A DNA stretch of 64,000 nt, taken from positions 3,162,001 through 3,226,000 of the forward strand of contig OZ374557.1 of the NCBI GenBank assembly GCA_977862235.1. The letters are read 5' to 3'. The position numbers and the translations under genes are program-made. The stretch comes from Dudresnaya verticillata. Taxonomy: Eukaryota. Position 1 is the first letter of the stretch; every line of letters starts with the position of its first letter. Positions 12,161-24,700 of this stretch are shown here, in pieces. The notes below the pieces were generated by a model. The model was given only the letters and a program-made list of their open reading frames with translations. It ran no database searches and was not told the DNA's origin.

Positions 12161-13960
12161 TCATTGCGAGTTGGAAGGACAACATAAACAACTCATTTCT
12201 AAACACTCGAAGTATCCCCATTCAAGGTCATGTTCGGATATGATTTTAGCCCTGCTTGAAAAGGAATATGGAGAGGTTGGAGTTGAACAAGATGAGAAAT
12301 GGAAGTCGCTTGACTTCGTTTACTGCAGTCGACCATCCGACATGGCTTATATCAGCTTTTCGGATGAGTTGCTGCGTGAACACAAACAAAACAAAACATT
12401 AAAGAAAAGCCCAAAATCCCTATCATCAAATGGGCGGGAAAAAGTAAAGCAATTAAATCTACCAAATCATACTCTCAGCACACTCACATCCGCCACCAAA
12501 ATGGGCGGGAACTTGCACACCAGTGTTGCTAACTGCTGACATCAGCAATCCCTCTTGCGACCGCATTTCCTGCCATCCATATGTACTCCAACTTTGGGCG
12601 GGAACGTGAAAGTATCGAGTGTCCCCGCATGGCTGCTGTCGGACAACACTGCACACCACGTGGCCGCACTTACGAGCTGAAGTCCGTCCATGAATATCCA
12701 ACTTGGATCATTGACCACGTAATCACCCAGATTTGCCTACGTGGCAGCTGTAAACCAACGTGTCGGCCGCACGACAGCTACGTCCCAACTGTAAACCAAC
12801 GTGTCGGCCGCACGACAACTGCATCTGCTGATATCACAAGCCAGGCTCCACGTAGCGCAAGTCCCTGCACACCAACTCAGACGCCATCAGCACATTGCAT
12901 GGCACGTTCATATGTACTTGTGGCATACAGTGCGCGTCATACCAATACCATTCCATGCCATACCACATGCATCCATGTGGTCCAATCAGATCGTTCCACT
13001 TGGCCGTTCCTGTTATAACCGCCAATTCCAGCACAACACTTGTAAGCCATATAGACCATGGAGGCGGTTTGGAACAACCAATCAGAAGCCCGTTTCACGT
13101 TGCTTTTGCAAAAGGCCTAAATGCGCCGTGATTTTGGAAGCCCGGAAAAAGGGCTGTCGTCTCCGGAAGGTTTGGTGACAGCGTGCCAGGGTGCCATCTG
13201 GGGTGCCTGACCCGTGACGTGAGGTGCCAGCGACCATGTCCTCAACACTGCTTTGAAACCTGATGGAAGCTCGAGTTTTTGCCTTCACATTTCCTATCAT
13301 AGTGTGGTAGGCAAGAAGTGCTGTGTATAGTTCATGGCCGCAGTTTCGTAATGTTCTAGCAATCAATTGAATTGAACTGTTTCGCTGCTCATGAGACACT
13401 GTGTTTGAAGAATCCAGTTCTGTGTACACCTTCGGATTGTAGGACGGCGAGCAAGCTGTATGGTTGCCGACATGAAACTTGTCACTCACTATTGTGGTTC
13501 CCTCTGGTGCCCACCATAAACAGTTGATAGCGCTACTGTATAGACCACAAGAGAAGTCGTAGACAAGGAACCTTGGAAACTTTGGAAATCTGGATAGCAC
13601 CATATCCAAAACTACTTTTGGTCCCTCGTTGCGGTAGAGTACCTTCATACCAAACATGATTGGATTTCGACATCCGCATGAAATGGTCATCGCACCTGGC
13701 GTGAAATGGTTCTGCTTTTGTTTGAAGTCTTTTCAACATGGCCCTAGCCCTTCAATTGAAGATGATATCTCATCTTTGTTGAAAGGAAGAGGCCGTACTT
13801 GTTCCCTCCCTGGGAAGTATTGACCTGTCCGGAAAGCCTCCTTCAAGTCACTGTTCCATTCGGTTGTCATCTCCGAATGATGTTGGCGTAATAAATTCTT
13901 CAGAACAGTTCTGTCCTGACTTTTCCATTTCGGTAGCACCGAGGTCGTTACAAATCATTC
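12161..13960 (-). pseudogene. KDZ (Kyakuja-Dileera-Zisupton)-type transposase, catalytic C-terminal part
   Basis: Motifs TGQYFPG..QVRPLP, C*KDF...FTPGAMTISCGC, EGPK, VYDFSC, SDKFHVGNHTAC, SNTVSHEQRN. In-frame TGA at 13733-13735. Interrupted by a Copia solo LTR (12257-13247); removing it restores ...FQSRAKIISEHDLEWGYFECLEMSCLCCPSNSQ* ending at 12161. Confidence 0.8.
12257..13247 (-). mobile_element. Copia solo LTR, TSD CTGCT
   Basis: 991 bp, TGTTGAGG...CCTTTTCA on the minus strand. CTGCT at 12252-12256 and 13248-13252. Confidence 0.95.
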
Positions 13961-14366
13961 TAGTACGAACCGTGGTCCGCGTTGACGCGCATTCGTGCTC
14001 ACGTAGTATTACTCAGCCAGTCGTCTGGCACAACCTCCGAGGGTTTCCGGCAAACGACTAGCGCCCGGACCTCGGAGTCTTCGGTAAACGCCTGCTTCTT
14101 CGAGTTCGGTGTCTTCGTCTTCGTGACCGCGGATACGGTCGAGCCTCGTTTTCGATAGCCCCGCGCACCCGTAGTTATCCCCGGTGATCGATCGCTCGAG
14201 TTCTCCCTTCCGCACACGAATACGTTGACACCATGGTCCTTCGTGTTGGTCGCTCCGCTCTACCACGCGACCACCCCTTTTCCTTTCTCCGTTAGGCTAC
14301 GAGGCCATTCGTTAGGCTCCGAGGCCATTCCTTACAGTGCGAGACTTCCCCGCGTCACCGTGGACA
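13961..14366. mobile_element. LTR-like remnant of a third family inserted in the KDZ gene
   Basis: GC-rich insert ending ...GTGGACA. Segment ~14235-14355 is clearly homologous to 45281-45411, and its start resembles 15096-15115. No clean TSD. Confidence 0.55.
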
Positions 14367-15115
14367 TTTTCATACCACAATGGATGAAATTGAAGCACTA
14401 CGCAAGCTGTTTCGCTGCGTTTCGAGCAATCGTTGGCAGACGATGTCCTTCACAAACGATAAAGGCTTCTATTCAGAACGGCAGTTGACGAAATGAAGCT
14501 TGAATGCTCTGTGAGAGACATTGCACCTAACTGAAGCGTTTTCGTTGTTCTGTTCATGAACCGGATCCTACAGCATTTGAAGGAGTGGAGCAATGAACTC
14601 ATCCGGATTCGCGAGCTCGCGGATGTGGTACAGCTTTCAGACATACACCCCTCTGTTTCTGTGCTGTTGCTCTCGCACACCACTGGTTTTAGCTTTGCAA
14701 AGACTATAGCTGTTTTGCGACAGTCGAAAAGCTCAGCACCCTCTCGGGAAAGGATCCGTTTCCTTGCAAACAACATTGTGGCATTTTCGGCAACTGGACG
14801 CGGCTGTGAAGGTCAAATGGAGTGGAATTCCTAATGCAATTTGACATGTCAACTGGGTGAGTTTGAACAAAGCTCACTAAGAAGGTTTTCGTTGTTCCAC
14901 TTTATCTTTTGGCTACTTTGGAAGAAGACCTCTACGTCAGAAGGGCCTTAGACAATCAGGTAAAGATGCTGGGTGCGCGTAAAGCAGAAAAGGAGGGCTA
15001 TTTTGTGGGTGCTATTGCCGATGCAATATTCAGGTTTGGGCTTGCGCTTTGCTCCAGGAGCCGCGAGGAATCGCAAGTCGAATCGGTGAAGAAACTGTAG
15101 TATAAACGTCGGGTC

Positions 15116-16016
15116 TGTGGTGCAAACGTCTGAAGACGGAACACCACCTAGCAGCTCGGGGCTCGGTGGGTAGCGGCGCCCGAGGCGGTGAGTAGCCTCG
15201 CCTTGGGTGGCTTGTGGTAGAGCAGTTGACACGCCTTGGGCGGACTGTAGACGCCCGAGGCGGAAAGGAAGGACAAAAGGGAACAAAAAGGAAACACGTC
15301 AAGGACGGTGATGAATGTGGAGGCACAGGAGGTAGACGCTCAGGCCGTAGGCAGCGGCAGGGTACGCGCGTGCGGAACGGGGAAGTCTGGACCAAGGCCG
15401 GCTTGCCCAGGCGTTTACTGTTACGTCTGGGACGGCTTACCTAAGTATAGTACGGCGGTGCGGCGGCGGTGCGTGTGCGTAGCGCGGGAACTCGGGACAC
15501 GTGTCGTCCCGAGGCGCGTCTGACAGATCACCCATCGTACGTAGCCGCGCGCCTGACAGGTTGCCGCGCAACCCCCTGCGTGGGCGCTTACACGCACATG
15601 TAGACGCGTGCGCCTTACAGCTGTGCGCGCGCGTGTACTGTAGAGCGTGCGCCCTTGTTCTAATCCGATACTTGTCCGATCCCGATCCCCATCTGGATCC
15701 GGGCCAGCAACGCGAACCCTCGCAGCCTTAAAGGCGCGTAACTTACAGCGTAGGCGATCCAGATAGCCAATCTGGATACCGGATCCGGATCCCATCTGGA
15801 TCCGTGTTACAGTGCCCCGGGGCGCCATATCGGCCCATCACCGTACAGTGCCCGCATGGCGCGCGGCGCGCAACGTGCGCGCGTGCCCCAGTGAGCCGTC
15901 GATGACGTGTTCGCGCGCCAACGGCGGTGGTGAGCGCCGGTGGCGGTTTCTCCGTCGGTCGACGTACTTGTTGCTCCGCTTTCAGCAAAAAAGGGGCTCA
16001 ACCCCCTTGCACCACA
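15116..16016 (-). mobile_element. 3' LTR of Gypsy-1
   Basis: 10-bp terminal inverted repeats TGTGGTGCAA...TTGCACCACA, adjacent PPT, and homology to the Gypsy-2 LTR at 44447-45280. Confidence 0.75.
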
Positions 16017-16027
16017 CCACCCCCTCC
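16017..16027 (-). other. Polypurine tract of Gypsy-1
   Basis: GGAGGGGGTGG on the minus strand immediately before the LTR TG. Confidence 0.65.
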
Positions 16028-16455
16028 AAAACGCGAACACGTCCGACCCTCAACCTGCTGCGTTTGCCTTCGCCTTTGACCGTGCCTGCGCTTCGTCTTG
16101 GTGTTTCTGTGCGCGCGTCTTGCGACTTCGGCTGTGCCGTGCGAAACCTCGCCCGTGTTGCGCGTCGCGTGCCCTTGCACTACGCCGACATCATCGCCTG
16201 TGGCGCCTCTCGACCCCCGTCGTTGACGTCGTTCAGATTCCCTCGCCTGTTGGCGTTCTTCTTTGTGTATCGCCTAGGGCGTAGTAACTAAATCGTCGTT
16301 GACGAGAGGTTGTAAGGTTTTCGCCAGTAGCGTGGGACAGTAATCGTCTTCGACGCACGCTTCGAGAACTTTCGCCAGTGGCGCCGGATACAAGTCGTCT
16401 TTGAGGTTTGTGTATTCATCGCCAGCGGCGCGAACCTATTCTCTTCTTCTACGTT

Positions 16456-18764
16456 ATGCCTACATTCAATGGCATGCAGGTGGCGGCGCCCTCGGCCGCG
16501 CCGGTGTACGCGTCACCTGTCGACTTCGCCGGTAAGAATCCTCGCGATCACGCGCATTTCTTCGCGCGGGCCCCCTGGTTTGACCGGAAGGCTTTGCATG
16601 AGGACGAGTTGGTCTCTCATTACACTACTAGCGGTTTCTTCCCAGGGGGCCTGCCCGTTGGCGTCGTCTGGACGTTAGAGTGGAAGTTGCGCTGCGTGTT
16701 CCGGTGGGGTGGCTTTGGGTGCGAGCGGGACAATCGCGTGCGGGCGTCCACGCGCAGTTCGTCTCAGACGTATATCGACGCTTTACGCGTTACCCCGGGT
16801 CGACGTTAACGCCGCCTCTCTTCAATTTCGATTCTGGGCAATACCGTACAGCCGGCGAGGCCGAATATGGTGCTCGTCTTGGGACGTTTCCATTGAAGCA
16901 CGTGAGCTTGTCAATTGAGCCTCGCATTTTGCAAGAGGCTTACCTCTTAGGTGTACGCTTAAAAGCGGGTTTTCGTTACTTACATCGTACGGGTACGTTC
17001 TTCTCGGAGCGTTGTATCCGTTGGGAATGTGAAACGCGTCGCCAAAAGGGCGTGTTTGTGCCGTACCAGGACATGCAGGTCGACCGCATTGAGCGTAGTA
17101 AGTTGCCTTATTGTTTTGTGAAGGTGCCGCCTGGATGGCGTGAGTTCGAGATATGCGAAGGTTTTGCAGCAGAGCTCCCCCCGTGTGTCACGTATCTTGG
17201 TTCCGAGCTGATGACCGACCCGTATTCCAGGTATTGGATCGTTTTCTACACCGAGTGGGTCGCCAACGTGGCGTATGCTTGGCTATGGGAGGTGTATAAC
17301 ACCTTCCGTATGTATCATCTACCACCGCGTGTGGTCGCCCATCTCGGTAGCCTCGACTTTTTCGAAATATTTGGTGGTTCCCGGAACTCCGAGGAGTTCT
17401 GGGACCTGCGCGCTATTGCGGATGAGATCGATTGGAACAACCCGGTCGCCGTGCCGCTAGCCAACAACCGCCGTAAGGTGAATCGTCCGCGTTACGCGAT
17501 GAGTCGTACTCATTCCGCCTGTGGCGATTGGATTTGGTTCAACCCTTGGACAAAGCGTCGTACGACGAAGAACATTGCAGAACGCCATCGCAATGCCGGT
17601 CGCTTCACGCCGGGTAATCACCCGCGCGGTTTACGTAAGACCTGCGACTTTGTCGGTGACTTTCCTCCTCACTTGAGCGCCTTAATAGCGGAAAAGGATG
17701 CTCTGCACGCCAACGGCGGACCGGATAACTCGTCTGGGACGGCTATTGCTACGCCTATGGCGGTGGAGTCTTCCGCTGAAGCGGCTGTGCCGTCTACGAC
17801 GTTGCCCACGGGGCCTCTTGCGGTGAGTGCGATGCCAACCGGCGTGGCCACTGTTGCGCCCTTGACCCTGCGGCGCCCGTTCCGGACAACGATGGTGACT
17901 TCATTATGGCGGTGCCGGTGTCTGAGCCACCCTCGTCCGCAATAGCAGCAGGCGGAGCATCGAGCGTCATAGACGGTTCAGGGAAAGCTCCCAGTGTGCC
18001 GGTATGGACCGAAGAACAGCGCCGTACGGTCCTCGCCTTGGTGCAGGCTGCCGGAGTCGCTACTAACGGTTTGAGCGGCTCACCCACAGAGTGGGTGAGC
18101 CAATCTTTGTCGGCTGCGGTTCCGCCTCAGAGTGGGTCCGCGCCGAAATCGACTATTTTCGTAGGCTTCGCGTCGAATGACGGTGTGGCAGCAAAGCCGT
18201 TGTAGCCTAAGGCGAATGGTTCAGCGTCCAAAGACGTGAGTATGACGTATGACTGTAACGCCTGCGGTGAGCGAAGCAAATACTGCTTTAGCGTCGTCGA
18301 CGGCTCAGAAGGGGCCAGGTGCTCCTGCGTCAGTGACGAGTGTAGAGTTAACGACGCCGAAGGCGAGTGAAGGTGCGACGCCGATCGAGGCGGTTTCTGA
18401 ACTTACGCCAAAGGCGGTTGATGAGTCGTTGACTGTGCCTAAAGCGGATGGGACTGGGCCTGCGCCTACGGCGAATGATAGCTTGAGCTCTGCGCCTATG
18501 GCGGGTGTTGTTGCTTCATCGCCTGTGGCGGATATTGTCGCGAAGACGCCAAAGGCGGTTGATAAGTCGCCCCTTTCGCCTGCGGCGCCTGTTGCGGCCA
18601 CTCCGGCATATGCAGTGGCAAGGCCTTTGCGGTCCGCCCCGGCTCCTGCCGTGATTGTACCGTCGACGACGGAGGACAACCTCTACGAAGAGCTGTTGCG
18701 TGAGTCCGCCGAAGGCGTTGCTCAGGATTTGCCAGCCGATTCGTCTGCGACGAGAGAGTCTTGA
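16456..18764 (+). pseudogene. Antisense extra ORF inside Gypsy-1 (unknown function), broken into 4 pieces
   Basis: Consecutive or overlapping ORFs 16408-16809, 16680-17945, 17906-18205 and 18249-18764. Aromatic-rich N-terminal ~420 aa, then an Ala/Pro/Ser/Thr-rich tail with TPKA repeats. Lies between pol and the 3' LTR on the opposite strand. Confidence 0.6.
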
Positions 18765-20114
18765 TGTCGTTTCAGAAACGGATAGTGGACGCGAGGGTGC
18801 GTATTGTGTTGCCCTTCGGCTCCCTTGCGGGACCGATGAGCGAGGTATTCCCCTTCGTCTTTGACAATTAATGTAGCTGTAGTGGTCGATCGCTAGGGCG
18901 AGGGGTTGTCCCCATTTGTTTTTAGTCCAGTACACTTCGGCCATTGTCAGCGTCTTTTCGTGTCGCATTTCGCGTTGGCCTTAGGGTGTAACCTGTGATC
19001 TCCTTTCGACTTTGCGTCGTGTTCTTTATTGCCCGCTACAGTAGCGTTGGTGTTTGATGCCTTTAGCCTTGGCCGCGTTGCGCTCCGGCTGTGTTTGGCT
19101 GGTAGTGTCCGCTGTAGTAGCGTTGTTCTTCGTGTTGCACGTGCGGCGGTTGGCGTATTTCCGCTGACTTCGCGCTTTTGTAGTGCGTGTGTCGCTCTGC
19201 GCCTTGGGTGTGGTTGCGTGTAGGTGGGGCTGGTGGAGAGCCCCTGTGCCTCCCACGTCGTCGCTACTATGGCGTATTGTTCTTTTGTTTTGTCGGCGTC
19301 TTGGACGAGGGTCGCGACGGCGGTGAGGTAGGTTTTGATGCCTTGGCGTTGTTGCGCCTTTCATCTCCGACGTTCCTCTTTAGGGGTAGGGAAGGGAATG
19401 GTCGCCCTAGCGTGACTGGGATCGCGGCGGCCGCAGGCAGCGGGGGAGGCATTGCGCGATTTGTTGGCGCGTCGTGCACGGAACCCACGGCAACTGCGTC
19501 TTCAACCACCTTCCCCCCCTTCGGTGGTGGGTTTCTCGGCACGCCCCCTCTTGGCGAGTTACGTCGGAGACGTTCAACGTGTGCTTTCGTGTGAGGCCGT
19601 GGCCGGCAGGGTGACGGTCCCAGGTACTTGGCCGCAGTGCGAGTGCACATCGCGACGTCGGAGACGGTTGTTGCGCACTGTCACTTGCGACTGTCGTCGC
19701 TGGTGCTCCTAGCACCTGCTCAGCCACTTGTCATGATTGCGTTCGTCACACGTTGACTGCCCGGTGATGCGCGCTGCCGTGTTTGCAAATTGAGAATTGA
19801 CCAAATACTTGCTCCGATTACCCGAGGGGCGCGGGCGGCGGATCTCGATTTGCGATCTGGATCCACTGTCAACCGCGCACCTATCCAGAGGTCCTGTATG
19901 GTGGCCGCTGCGAGGTGTTTGTGCGCGTGGCTGTCTATGACGCAATGAGTTGCGTCCGTGTTCGTCCATGACGCGCACACGTGTTCGGCGCTATCGCTGT
20001 GGCGACCGCGTCCACAGGCCATGGGTTGAGCTTCCGCGCCTTTGGCGACCGTAAGTCGAGCACGTGGTCTCGATCGTCCGTCCATTGGCTTCCAGTGGTA
20101 TATCCGGATTAGGA

Positions 20115-21726
20115 TTAGCCGCGCTGCGCGTCGTCGATGTTTGGCGGCAGATGCGTACGTTTTCGACGGTGGTACCGTGTGACGTGGGATCGCGGCAGAC
20201 TGGAGACTGGCTCCCAGGTGTTTGCTGAAGCGGGATATCCAAACCACTTGACGCGGTAGAGGATCGCATCATCATCCGCGTACGCGTGCGCCTCGATGCG
20301 TTCAATAACGTATTCTATCCCGCTCACAGCGATCGGCTTTGACGTGGGCCCTTCCAGCGCCTTTGGCGGTTCGTGTCGTTGCGTGATGGGCGTCTGTACC
20401 GGTTCGGCGAAGCGTACTCGACGGGTTGATCGCCGAAGGCGTTGGCCTTGGGCCTCAGATGCTCGTTCAGCGGTCACTGGGTTGCTGCGTCTTGAGATGG
20501 GTCCATCGCTTGCAACGCCTTGCCTCGTGCTTGCACGGTTAACATCTTCGTTATCGGACGCGCTTTCAGCGGAGTCATTTTTATCATTCGGCGGTGCCGT
20601 AGCGACGTGTTCCAAACGGGTGCGAATCCCTGGGGTATTGTCGTTGTTGGAGACGGATTGCGAAGCGTGGTCGTCGGGGTCGGCGGCGAAGGGCGAAAGC
20701 TCTGTCAACCCATGGCTGCGTGACGTTGCGATTGTACGCTCCTGCGGATCTCCCGCAGTATGCGAAGTCTCTGCGTCACCCTTTGGGCTCGCTGGTGGCG
20801 TGTCTGGGGTAGTCGTCCCTTCGTATTGTGACGTGGGGGCGACTGCGTCCTGGGCCGCGGGCGGGCCTGGTGGTACGACGATTGGAGGGGCCGCCTGACC
20901 CGGTGGGGTCGACGCCCAGACCACGCGGTCTCTGGACAAACGTTCCCGCTCGTCGCGTCCCTTGTCGACGGTTACTGCCTCGTTATCAACGTTAGTTACC
21001 CGAGATGGTCCGTCCGCCACTGGCACCAACTTATGGTTACGCTCTGGGCGATCAGTGCTCCCGCCTCGGGCGAAGTATTCCTTGCGTACGAATACGAATG
21101 GCCTACGGCGATTGCTTCCTTCGATTTCCTTAATCGGGTATCGAAGTTCCGTTGTAACGTGCTTGCGTTTTCTATAACGACGCTTTAGCGGTTCCCATCA
21201 GTGCGGCCAGCCAGATTCGCTACTTGGTGTAGTATTTTCCCGTGGTGGGTACGCTTTCGAGCGACAGTTCCGCTTCGAGCGACAATGGCCGTGGTGGTTT
21301 AGACAGCACCAATTCAAACGGAGCGAGATGCGTAGAAGAATACAACTGTGTGTTGTATGAGAACATCAAGGCATCCGTGAACAGGTCCCAGTCTCTCGGA
21401 TGATCTGCACGTAGTGACGCAGCGAGGCCAGGATAGTTCGATTGAATCGTTCTACCTGGCCATTGCATTGCGGGTGGTACGTCGTGGTGAAGAGATTCTC
21501 CACTCCCAAAAGACGGCAGATATCCTGAAACAACTTAGCCGCAAACTGTGCCCATTGTCGGACAACAGTTTCTTGGGGGGCCCGTACGCGAATACCCAAT
21601 GTCGTACAAACGCCTTGGCGATTTCCAATGCCGTAATACTACGTAGTGGGACCGTCCGGACCAGCTTCGAAACGCGGTCCACAATGACGAGTAGGAACTT
21701 GTTTCCTCGCTTTGTGCGTATGCGTT
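20115..21726 (-). pseudogene. pol: Gypsy-1 pol C-terminus: integrase core, linker and chromodomain
   Basis: GNKFLLVIVDRVSK, LLSDNG, TTYHPQCNGQVERFNRTI. Chromodomain EYVIERIEAH...YRVKWFGYPASANTWEP. Several frameshifts. Confidence 0.9.
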
Positions 21727-24700
21727 TGAAAAGGAATATGGAGAGGTTGGAGTTGAACAAGATGAGAAATGGAAGTCGCTTGACTTCGTTTACTGCAGTC
21801 GACCATCCGACAAGGCTTATATCAGCTTTTCGGATGAGTCGCTGCGTGAACACAAACAAAACAAATCATTAAAGAAACGCCCAAAATCCCTATCATCAAA
21901 TGGGCGGGAAAAAGTAAAGCAATCAAATCTACCAAATCATACTCTCAGCACACTCACATCCGCCACCAAAATGGGCGGGAACTTGCACACCAGTGTTGCT
22001 AACTGCTGACATCAGCAATCCTTCTTGCGACCGCATTTCCTGCCATCCATATGTACTCCAACTTTGGGGAACTCGAAAGTATCGAGTGTCCCCGCATGGC
22101 TGCTGTCGGACAACACTGCACACCACGTGGCCGCACTTACGAGCTGAAGTCCGTCCATGAATATCCAACTTGGATCATTCATTGACCACGTAATCACCCA
22201 GATTTGCCTACGTGGCAGCTGTAAACCAAGGTGTCGGCCGCAAGACAGCTACGTGGCAACTGTAAACCAACGTGTCGGCCGCACGACAACTGCAGCTGCT
22301 GATATCACAAGCCAGGCTCCACGTAGCGCAAGTCCCTGCACACCAACTCAGACGCCATCAGCACGTTGCATGGCACGTTCATATGTACTTGTGGAGTACA
22401 GTGCGCGTCATACCAGTACCATTCCATGCCATACCACGTGCATCCATGTGGTCCAATCAGATCGTTCCACTTGGCCGTTCCTGTTATAACCGCCAACTCC
22501 AGCACAACACTTGTAACCCATATAGACCATGGAGGCGGTTTGGAACAACCAATCAGAAGCCCTTTTCACGTTGCTTTTGCAAAAGGCCTAAATGCGCCGT
22601 GATTTTGGAAGCCCGGAAAAAGGGCTGTCGTCTCCGGAAGGTTTGGTGAAAGCGTGCCAGGGTACCATCTGGGGTACCTGACCCGTGACGGTAGGCGCCA
22701 GCGACCATGTCCTCAACACTCCTTCTCGATGGCTCCTCCAAGTCCAACCCTTGGTAGAATCCTATTGAGCAAAGTGGGCCCGAATGGCTTTGTCAGCAAG
22801 TCCGCGTCGTTGTCTTCTGACGGCACATACACCACTTCCAGAGCAGAGTCGGCGACAAGTTCGCGAATGAAGTGTACACGAACGTCAATGTGCTTGGCAC
22901 GACCAGATGGACAGCGTTCTCTAGTAGCCCAATTGATGGCAGACTGGTTGTCTGATCTCAATGGAACGGGGCCTTCGACGTTCAAGTCGGCCTCCTTCAG
23001 CACTCGCGTGACCCAAACCGTCTCTTTCGCAGCCAGAGTCATTGCATAGTACTCCGACTCGCAAGTTGAGAGAGCAACAGTTGACTGCTTCTTGGATCCC
23101 CAAATACACACTGCATCTCCCAGTTTCACCATGTAACCAGACATAGATTTTCGGTCTGTGGTGTCACCGGCATAGTCAGCGTCCACATAAGCTTGGATAC
23201 GAGTGCTTCCGGACTGGTACGTAACTCCATGCTTGTGAGTGCCTCGAAGATATCGCAGAACCCTCTTTGCACCACGGTAACAGTACGCAGTTGGAGCCTT
23301 CTGGAACCGTGCGAGGATAAGCACAGAGGCCAAAATGTCCAGCCTTGTGCGAAGCCCCAAGTAAAGAAGTGACCCGATCATCTGCTGGTACGTCTCAACC
23401 GACACGACGGCCTTGTCCTCTTCGGCGGCAAGTCCAGTGAAGAAAGACTCAACCATTGACCTACAAGCCGGCTTAGAGTTCTGAAGTCCAAATCGACGAA
23501 GAACACTTTCCTTGTAGACCTGTTGGGTCATCTTGAGGGACACAAATCTGCCATCACAGTCTAGATTCCATCCAAGCTCGACTCCGAGGAAGAGGTCAAC
23601 CCCTTCAGACAGCCGTAGATCGTAGAGGCCCTGCAGCTCCTTAACAATGGCGTGTCTCTCCGATTTTGTGGGCGCCAGAATGAGCAAGTCATCTACGTAC
23701 ACCAAGATGTATGCATATCCAGAAGAATTGGATTTGCGACGAAACACGCAAGGCCACTTGGCAATTCCTCAAACATCATCCTAGCAAGGTCACCACACAG
23801 CTTGGTGTGCCAAGCTAGGTGAGCCTGTTTTAGCCCATACATAGCTTTCAGAAGTTTGTAACAGAGAGATTCCCTTCCAGGAATCCCACGTGGTGACATT
23901 ACCCACACGTGTTCTGCCAGATCACCATTCAGGAAAGCCGTCTTCACATCTAGCTGTGCAACAAACAGGTTCAAACACAGTACCAAGTATAGGAACATGC
24001 GCACTAGCGAGAACGACACAACTGGAGCGTACGTTTCCATGTAGTCTTCACCATACGTCTGGAAGTTTCCACCAGCGACGACCCGCGCTTTGAAGCGCTC
24101 GACGGTCCCGTCGGACTTGCGTTTAACTTTCAGCACGGCGTGCGTCGGAAGCGGCTGTGCACCGGGACTGTCATCACGGACCCAAGTGCCTTTGGATTCC
24201 AAGGATGCGAACTCATCATCAATGGCAGATTGCCACAACCCACGCTCCTCCGGAGTGGCAGACATGGCCTCTCGAAGAGTGGGCTCATCTCCCGTTGTGA
24301 GGGCAACCTGTTGTTCAGCTTTTGCAGAGCTTGCCATAAACCATTTCGACGTCTGGCGACGTTGGCGACGAGGATATCGACTCTGTTCCTGGCGTTCTGG
24401 ATCTGAACTCACACCAGCCGGAGGACTGTCAGAGACGTTTTCTTCCTCAGCCGTGTCATCAGATTCGAATGAGCTGGGTTCTGATGAAGGTAGTGGAGCT
24501 GAAGAAGGTGTGTCAACTTCAATCACATCCTATTCATCCTCAAAGTTACCCAGCGATACATCGTCATCAGAGTCCGAGTTGCAAATAGAGGCCTCTGAGT
24601 TAGACTCGTAATCTTCATCCGAATCTGCCTCGTCCTGCCCATATTCCAACAGGCTTGGAGCACCCGGGAATTTGGACTCGTCGAATGTGACATGCCGCGA

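Larger units (their letters stand above)
3247..15095. mobile_element. KDZ/Zisupton-like multi-gene DNA transposon (decayed; termini not identified)
   Basis: KDZ-type transposase, Ulp1 protease and two unknown ORFs, all sharing a dispersed 16-bp palindrome that was not seen elsewhere in the window. Boundaries are approximate (first motif copy to start of the Gypsy nest). Confidence 0.6.

Noticed and set aside
12144..13178. Recurrent short ORFs (MDIHGRTS..., MYSNFGRE..., MSAARQL...) seen 10 or more times
   Set aside because: They are translations of the non-coding Copia LTR; their frames break between copies.
14367..15095. Upstream KDZ transposase coding sequence
   Set aside because: The position fits, but I could not identify a convincing frame or motif. 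Left unassigned.
16335..16352. Extra copy of the 16-bp palindrome in Gypsy-1
   Set aside because: Only a GGGACA half-site; the spacing and second half do not match.
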